DNA of 11,107 bases from Deltaproteobacteria bacterium (GTDB lineage: Bacteria > Bdellovibrionota > FAC87 > UBA2466): the NCBI GenBank assembly GCA_013205415.1, contig JABMMY010000118.1, positions 1-11,107 of the forward strand. The letters are read 5' to 3'. Positions 6,342 through 11,107 of the stretch are shown here, piece after piece; within the stretch, counting starts at the first letter, position 1; each line of letters starts with the position of its first letter. The translations under genes and the position numbers were made by a program. A model generated the notes under the pieces. That model ran no database searches. It had not been told where the DNA came from and worked only from the letters and a program-made list of their open reading frames with translations.

Positions 6342-7985
6342 CTAGTTTCCTAGTTTCTTTAAAGATTCCACATTGAAAGCCTGACCGTTTTTAACGGCTC
6401 GTCCACTGATAGCAATAGGAATATTATTAATCCCATTTAAAGTTCCGAAGGTAACAGAGGCTATACGAGTATCTAAGAGCAAATTATCACTCTTAAAAGT
6501 GGAACCGTTTGCATACAGAGCCCATTGTTCGATAGTTCTATTTTCTCTACCTATAATTTTTGCCGATTTGATTAATAAAGGCATCACATCTTGAGTCCCA
6601 TCGCGATAGGTAATTAATATGATCTCCTTCACGCTTATATTTCTAAGTGATTGGCTAAACTTTACTAACCCCAGGCAGACCTTTCTAACGTTGGTTTCTG
6701 AGATAGTATTATCTCCACAAAAAGTAGGAACCACAGAATAGTTGGGCACATTCGGTGTGGGCCCTTCAACTAAATAATTAGCGGCGCACTCCCCATTTCC
6801 ACCAGGACCTACAACCTTTCCCTTAACAGTATAACTTCCCCCCATAGGAGGCGTGATCTGAATCTCCCCTCCAGTCTTTACCATGGCTTGACCATTAAGT
6901 TCAGCCGTTGTGACCTCTCCTTCGGTAGTTAATTTGGCTCCAAGGGATTGCCCTAACTGAATCACGCTGGGATTCAGAGTCACTTGGCATTTGGGCGGAT
7001 CTACTGGAGTGATCGGTTTTTCTTTAACAGTATAGGGAGCAGAACAGGTTCCCGTTCCTCCCGGTCCAGATACCTTTGCTTGTAAAATAAAATTTCCCAC
7101 AGCAACAGGAGTCATCTTTTTTTCAGTCTTTCCTACGTTGATTATAACTTTTTGATTATCAATCTGTGCATCGGTGACCTCTCCCATAACTTTTAAAGAG
7201 GCGATAAAAGATTGCCCAAGTATCATGAGATCGGGTGATGCAACTAGCTGACAAGTCGGAGGAACGGGGCCAATAGCTCCACAGTTTTTATTGAACCCAC
7301 AAATTTCTACCTGCTCGGAGACGGCCAGATTTTGCATAAAGGCCCGACTCTCAGAAATGTCGGTTCGAGTATTGTAATTAGTATCTTGGATATTCCCCTT
7401 CGAGTTAATCCCAATTAGAAAATGCTGTCCTCTTTCAAAAACAAAGGCAGGCCCCCCAGAATCTCCGAAGCAGAGAGCGGCTCCATTAGGTTTTCTAGAG
7501 ACCATGTCATAGTTACTAAACCCTGTGACCACCGTTTCCCCGTATCTCAAGATACCGTCAATTCCCCCATGGCCACCCACATCGGTACAGCCGTATCCCA
7601 ATAAAGTAATTCCTAATCCCTCTTTGGCAATCCCACCTATTGAAGCGGGCTGAATTCCTACAATCTCCTTATCAACGATACCCACAGAAATATCATGGTC
7701 CTTACCAGGATAAAGACCGCTTCGATTAATCTTAGCGTGATAGGTGACCCCTTTGATTTTAAATTCAGAAATAGCACCATTGGGGCCACAATGAGCGGCT
7801 GTAATAATAACCCTAGGTCCCACTACAGTAGCAGAACATATCGAATCTAAGGTTCGAATTTGAATCACCTCTTCAAAGGTTCCAGGCTCTACCGGTTTAC
7901 CGTTAATCAACCTACTTTGAAAATCTAATCCAAAAACCTGAAAAGAATAAAGAAGACTAAGGCATAATAGTTTTGATGATTTCAT
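6342..7985 (-). CDS. Secreted trypsin-like (S1/chymotrypsin family) serine protease with tandem internal repeat domains and C-terminal domain of unknown function
   Basis: N-terminal signal peptide MKSSKLLCLSLLYSFQVFG. Catalytic triad motifs are TAAHC (His65), DHDISV (Asp98) and GDSGGP (Ser176). A possible activation site is QSR/LINGKP, analogous to the trypsinogen Arg/Lys-IVGG site. An SD-like GGGGG element lies 7 nt upstream of the ATG. Confidence 0.9.
   Translation of the reverse strand: MKSSKLLCLSLLYSFQVFGLDFQSRLINGKPVEPGTFEEVIQIRTLDSICSATVVGPRVIITAAHCGPNGAISEFKIKGVTYHAKINRSGLYPGKDHDISVGIVDKEIVGIQPASIGGIAKEGLGITLLGYGCTDVGGHGGIDGILRYGETVVTGFSNYDMVSRKPNGAALCFGDSGGPAFVFERGQHFLIGINSKGNIQDTNYNTRTDISESRAFMQNLAVSEQVEICGFNKNCGAIGPVPPTCQLVASPDLMILGQSFIASLKVMGEVTDAQIDNQKVIINVGKTEKKMTPVAVGNFILQAKVSGPGGTGTCSAPYTVKEKPITPVDPPKCQVTLNPSVIQLGQSLGAKLTTEGEVTTAELNGQAMVKTGGEIQITPPMGGSYTVKGKVVGPGGNGECAANYLVEGPTPNVPNYSVVPTFCGDNTISETNVRKVCLGLVKFSQSLRNISVKEIILITYRDGTQDVMPLLIKSAKIIGRENRTIEQWALYANGSTFKSDNLLLDTRIASVTFGTLNGINNIPIAISGRAVKNGQAFNVESLKKLGN
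6759..6989 (-). repeat. Protein-level tandem repeat domain 2 of the protease (aa ~333-409, CQVTLNPS...GPGGNGECAANYLVEGP)
   Basis: See repeat 1. The Cys codons at both repeat starts were verified in the DNA (7251-7253 ACA and 6987-6989 GCA on the + strand). Confidence 0.7.
7014..7253 (-). repeat. Protein-level tandem repeat domain 1 of the protease (aa ~245-324, CQLVASPD...GPGGTGTCSAPYTVKEKP)
   Basis: Aligns with repeat 2 over about 80 aa. Shared positions include C-Q at the start, P, LGQS, EGEVT-A, N-Q, K-V-GPGG-G-C-A-Y-V and a terminal P. Identity is about 35%, so the DNA has diverged and this is not a recent duplication. Confidence 0.7.
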
Positions 7986-8194
7986 AGGTGACCCCCAGGA
8001 AAAATAAAATGAATTTTAAATTTTGATCTTTAAATTGGAATCTTAATTTTAACTTGTGAATAGGTTTATTCGTGGTGGAAAAATATATTGTGTTAACGAC
8101 CGTTAATTAAGCCGGGTAGCCACATTTTTTTATTTTTTAAAAATATAATAATCAATTTCCTTTATCTTTCGGAGCGTGTCATAAAGGCAATCTC
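7986..8194. promoter_or_regulatory. AT-rich divergent intergenic region (promoters for the protease gene on - and the cvfB-like gene on +)
   Basis: A 209-bp, very AT-rich spacer between divergently transcribed genes. A candidate -10 TATAAT at 8144-8149 lies 45 nt upstream of the + strand ATG, with no good -35. A 6-bp inverted repeat TTAACG-ac-CGTTAA sits at 8093-8106. None of this is confirmed. Confidence 0.3.
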
Positions 8195-9037
8195 ATGATT
8201 CGTATTGGAAATTTTAATCGCTTAATGATCTTGGAACGTTCTCAAGGGAAGGTATTTCTCGATGGCGGAGAGGACGGCCAGGTCATTCTATCTAATCGAG
8301 AAGCCCCTCCAGAGTGTCAAGTAGGAGAGATGCTTAATGTTTTTGTTTACACCGATGCCGACAGTGACTCTCTTCTTGCCACAGTTCAAAGGCCATTTGT
8401 CACGGTCGGAGAGTTTGCACATTTAGAGGTCGCCTCACTGGAGAGAATTGGAGCCTTTCTTGATTGGGGCCTTCCCAAGCAACTGTTTTTACCTTTTAGA
8501 GAACAAACTCGAGAGCTACAAATAGGACACAAAGCCATTGTTTATCTCTATTTGGATAGCACTCGAAGAATATCGGCATCGATGAGAATTGATAAACACC
8601 TGGATAAAAATCCAAGAGATTATTTCTACGGTCAAAAAGTAGATCTTCTTATTTTTGGTGCTACAGACCTAGGTTTCAAGGCTATTGTAAATGGCCGACA
8701 TCTTGGGCTGCTTTATGGCAATGAGATATTTCAACCGATCTCGATTGGCCAGAGTATCGGTGGTTTTATTCAAAACATTCGCGAAGACGGGAAATTGGAT
8801 CTGAGCTTACAGCAAGCGGGTTATCGAGGCGTTGATGAGATCAGCCAAAAGATTTTAGATATTCTCGAGAAAAAGGGGGGTTTTTTAGCTATGACCGATA
8901 GGTCTTCTGCTGAGGAAATTTATCAAGTCTTTAATATGAGTAAGAAAAAATATAAAATGGCAGTCGGTAATCTCTATAAAAAACGACTCATCCACATTGA
9001 TGAAACTGGAATTCGCCTAAGTAAAAAAACCTCGTAA
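8195..9037 (+). CDS. cvfB: CvfB/YitL family S1-like RNA-binding protein (conserved virulence factor B homolog)
   Basis: About 280 aa with the repeated S1-like segment architecture and a C-terminal winged-helix-like region (KKGGFLAMTDRSSAEEIYQVFNMSKKKYKMAVGNLYKKRLI...GIRLS) characteristic of the CvfB family. The N-terminus IRIGNFNRLMILERSQGKVFLDG fits the family pattern. Confidence 0.82.
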   Translation: MIRIGNFNRLMILERSQGKVFLDGGEDGQVILSNREAPPECQVGEMLNVFVYTDADSDSLLATVQRPFVTVGEFAHLEVASLERIGAFLDWGLPKQLFLPFREQTRELQIGHKAIVYLYLDSTRRISASMRIDKHLDKNPRDYFYGQKVDLLIFGATDLGFKAIVNGRHLGLLYGNEIFQPISIGQSIGGFIQNIREDGKLDLSLQQAGYRGVDEISQKILDILEKKGGFLAMTDRSSAEEIYQVFNMSKKKYKMAVGNLYKKRLIHIDETGIRLSKKTS

Positions 9038-9150
9038 AAGCTTACGACTCAGCTATCCCCTTCTAGTTTTTCTTTATTTTGATATTCGACACCAGGTATC
9101 TTATTTATGCAAGTTGCGCAGACCTAAGTGGTGAGCTACCCTAAGCTCCA

Positions 9151-9324
9151 ATGGTTGTAACTTTAGCAGAACTTATTGTAATCCTTTTTTTAGCCCTCGG
9201 AATTTACTTTGCAATCTCGCCATTAAGAAGGCGGTTAGAGTGGGCGCTAGGGCAATGGCTTCGAAATAAGTTTGGAGATAAAAGTGAACGCCCCATTATC
9301 GATTTAAATAAACGTAGAAAATAA
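9151..9324 (+). CDS. Candidate small membrane protein (57 aa, single TM helix plus basic C-terminal tail); not in the supplied ORF track
   Basis: ATG at 9151 to TAA at 9322-9324 translates to MVVTLAELIVILFLALGIYFAISPLRRRLEWALGQWLRNKFGDKSERPIIDLNKRRK. This gives a hydrophobic helix followed by an Arg/Lys-rich tail (positive-inside). It ends 15 nt before the SPFH gene start on the same strand. The SD is weak (GGTGAG 15 nt upstream). Without conservation data it is unproven. Confidence 0.3.
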   Translation: MVVTLAELIVILFLALGIYFAISPLRRRLEWALGQWLRNKFGDKSERPIIDLNKRRK

Positions 9325-9339
9325 AGAAATGAGTCTTTT

Positions 9340-10254
9340 ATGCCCTTTGAAATAAGACAACCCGAAGCCCTTGCAAAAATTATTAGTCAGACCGTGGCGG
9401 TTCTTGCAGCCTTTATTATCCTGATTTTTATTCTCAGTTCCTTTTCAATCATTGCTCCAGGAAACACCGGTGTTATTTTTAATATTTGGACCGGCACCTT
9501 ACGAACCGTACCTCAGGGAATGGCATTTCGCATACCCTTCATCACTCAAGTGCAAAGTTATCCCACCGCACTTCGAACCTACACTATGGTACGACGATCC
9601 TCTGAAGGCTCTGCGATTAGCGACGATAGCATTGATCTACCCACTCTCGAAGGACAGCACATTCGACAAGATTTATCTGTGACCTACAATACCTCTGAAG
9701 ATAAGGCCTCTCAGGTATTCAAATCATTTCGTGGAGCTGACATCTCTGATATTGAGGCCACGTTTATTCGTCGTACTATCATCACAGTTGCGCAGAATAC
9801 TGCGGGTCAAATGTCCTTATCCGAGGTTATTTCTGCTAAAAGAACCGACTTGCAAAATCATATTCAAGTCAATCTTTTCAAAGAGCTTGAGAAGATGGGT
9901 TTTACTTTAGACAAGGTAAATTTAGGGGCCAGTCACCTTCCACCTGCTTTAGAAACTCAGATGCAGCATAAAATGGCAGCCCAGCAGGAGGCTCAACAAG
10001 CTGAGTATGAGTTGCAAAAACAATCGATGCTTGCCAAGGCTAATGTCGCTAAAGCAGAAGGAGAGGCACAATCCGTTTTAGTTCGTGCCAAGGCCGAGGC
10101 CGAGGGAAATCGGCTATTACAAACCACCCTGACTCCCGGAATGATTCAAAATAAGGCGATTGAAAAATGGAATGGAATTCTTCCTCAAATTTCTGGTGGC
10201 GCAACTCCCTTTGTAAACATTCAATCGCTTCACGCAAAAAAGATTGAGGAATAA
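9340..10254 (+). CDS. SPFH/Band-7 domain protein, prohibitin-like (HflC/HflK-type membrane scaffold)
   Basis: N-terminal TM helix (AKIISQTVAVLAAFIILIFILSSFSIIAPG), then an SPFH core (GVIFNIWTGTLRTVPQGMAFRIPFITQVQSYPTALRTY...), then a Gln/Ala-rich coiled-coil (AQQEAQQAEYELQKQSMLAKANVAKAEGEAQSVLVRAKAEAEGNRLL) typical of prohibitin homologs. Confidence 0.88.
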   Translation: MPFEIRQPEALAKIISQTVAVLAAFIILIFILSSFSIIAPGNTGVIFNIWTGTLRTVPQGMAFRIPFITQVQSYPTALRTYTMVRRSSEGSAISDDSIDLPTLEGQHIRQDLSVTYNTSEDKASQVFKSFRGADISDIEATFIRRTIITVAQNTAGQMSLSEVISAKRTDLQNHIQVNLFKELEKMGFTLDKVNLGASHLPPALETQMQHKMAAQQEAQQAEYELQKQSMLAKANVAKAEGEAQSVLVRAKAEAEGNRLLQTTLTPGMIQNKAIEKWNGILPQISGGATPFVNIQSLHAKKIEE

Positions 10255-10300
10255 CCTTTTTTTGTGATCTCTTTTTTTAATTAAAGGATAACAGGATAAA

Positions 10301-10957
10301 ATGAAATTACCCTTGGTTGGCCATCTTAAAGAGCCCGTAAGTGGTTTAACTCACCTACTAGGTGCGTTTCTCGGGTTCATAGGATTGCTTTACCTAGTAA
10401 ATCGCGCGTTAGACCACGGCACTATTTGGCATTTGGTTTCTTTCTCGATCTATGGAGTGAGTTTAATTTTTCTTTATTCCTCTAGTGCCTTTTACCATCT
10501 CTTAGATATCTCTCCAGAGGCGCAAATATTTTTTAGGCGTCTTGATCATGCCATGATTTTTATTTTAATTGCTGGAAGCTACACCCCTTTTTGTTTGATT
10601 CCTCTACGAGGCCCCTGGGGTTGGACTATTTTGGGTACGGTATGGGTGCTAGGCATTGCCGGTGTCCTTCTTTCAATCTACTGGATCGATGCTCCCAGGA
10701 AAATTTCTACGGCCCTTTATCTTTTGATGGGATGGATGATGATATTTGCCATCTACCCGTTAATAAAAACACTAAGTGTGGGGGGCCTCTACTGGCTTAT
10801 TAGCGGTGGACTCCTTTATTCTGTAGGGGCCGTGATCTATGCAATCAAAAAACCGGATCCCCTTCCCGGTATTTTCGGATTTCATGAAATCTGGCATTTA
10901 TTTGTGCTTGCAGGCAGTTTTACCCATTTTCTCAGTGTGTCCACCTTGATAAATTAG
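10301..10957 (+). CDS. Hemolysin III / PAQR family integral membrane protein (TrhA/YqfA-like)
   Basis: A 218-aa polytopic membrane protein with 7 predicted TM segments and HlyIII signature residues (HLLGAF; SSSAFYHLLD; RRLDHAMIFILIAGSYTPF; FHEIWHLFVLAGSFTHF). An AGGA SD lies upstream of the ATG. Confidence 0.88.
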   Translation: MKLPLVGHLKEPVSGLTHLLGAFLGFIGLLYLVNRALDHGTIWHLVSFSIYGVSLIFLYSSSAFYHLLDISPEAQIFFRRLDHAMIFILIAGSYTPFCLIPLRGPWGWTILGTVWVLGIAGVLLSIYWIDAPRKISTALYLLMGWMMIFAIYPLIKTLSVGGLYWLISGGLLYSVGAVIYAIKKPDPLPGIFGFHEIWHLFVLAGSFTHFLSVSTLIN

Positions 10958-11107
10958 GGAACACCGGACAACTCAGCAACTAACTCGCAGTGTTACATTA
11001 TAATCGGTGAATTTTGACAGAAACTGGGTGTATATTCCACCGCTGGATAAATCGGGGGTTTGTTTTATTAGTAGATTTAATATCATAATTTTTTGCAAAG
11101 TAAAAAA

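Noticed and set aside
7422-7604. 60-aa + strand ORF inside the protease gene
   Set aside because: It is antisense to the catalytic domain (the GDSGGP region) of a well-supported CDS, so it is spurious.
9322-9342. Small ORF (9151-9324) and the SPFH gene are in the same reading frame, separated by a single TAA: a possible split gene or pseudogene
   Set aside because: The SPFH protein already has its own N-terminal TM helix and a plausible start, and a fused protein would have an atypical double-TM N-terminus. The frame coincidence has a 1-in-3 prior. It is kept only as a caveat in the small-ORF finding.
9452-9682. 76-aa alternative-frame ORF inside the SPFH gene
   Set aside because: It is out of frame within the conserved SPFH core, with no motifs.
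10049-10237. 62-aa antisense ORF inside the SPFH gene coiled-coil region
   Set aside because: It is antisense to the real CDS. Coiled-coil Ala/Glu/Gln codons give open reverse frames by chance.
10591-10803. 70-aa alternative-frame ORF inside the hemolysin III gene
   Set aside because: It is out of frame within a conserved polytopic membrane protein and is Cys/Gly-rich nonsense.
10999-11042. TATAAT (10999-11004) and TTGACA (11014-11019) hexamers downstream of the hemolysin III gene
   Set aside because: The hexamers are in the wrong order and spacing for a sigma70 promoter: TTGACA is followed by TATATT after only 11 nt, and TATAAT has no acceptable -35. They are likely chance matches in AT-rich DNA, and no downstream gene is within the window to anchor them.
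1-11107. Searched for CRISPR repeats, tRNA/rRNA, IS elements and integrases, toxin-antitoxin pairs or known defence-system gene sets
   Set aside because: None were found. There are no regularly spaced direct repeats, no transposase- or integrase-like ORFs and no terminal inverted repeats. All long ORFs are accounted for by metabolic, envelope or membrane proteins.

Overview
The window is about 11.1 kb of moderately AT-rich (roughly 40% GC) bacterial chromosome. It is densely coding, with ten confident protein-coding genes and one candidate small ORF that is missing from the supplied track. No rRNA, tRNA, CRISPR array, transposase or integrase is recognisable. The genes read like core or accessory housekeeping rather than a mobile island. 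They group as follows. (1) A translationally coupled pair on the + strand: a saccharopine-dehydrogenase-like NAD(P)-binding reductase, then a DmpA/S58 (Ntn-hydrolase) aminopeptidase homolog that carries an unusual hydrophobic N-terminal extension. (2) A tightly overlapping three-gene operon on the - strand: a GT2 polyprenyl-phosphate glycosyltransferase, a zinc-ribbon SAM methyltransferase and a UDP-galactopyranose-mutase-like flavoprotein. This looks like a compact glycan or lipid-linked sugar modification module and is the best candidate here for an uncharacterised system. (3) A standalone EVE (PUA-like) domain protein divergent from that operon. (4) A secreted trypsin-like S1 serine protease with a zymogen-like activation site, two tandem ~80-aa internal repeat domains and an unassigned C-terminal domain. 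(5) A CvfB/YitL-type S1 RNA-binding protein. (6) A membrane cluster: a candidate 57-aa single-TM micro-protein, an SPFH/Band-7 prohibitin-like protein and a hemolysin-III/PAQR (TrhA-like) protein. A clean bidirectional terminator hairpin sits between the convergent EVE and protease genes. Exported proteins and a GtrB/ArnC-like GT are consistent with a diderm bacterium, but the taxon cannot be assigned from sequence alone.
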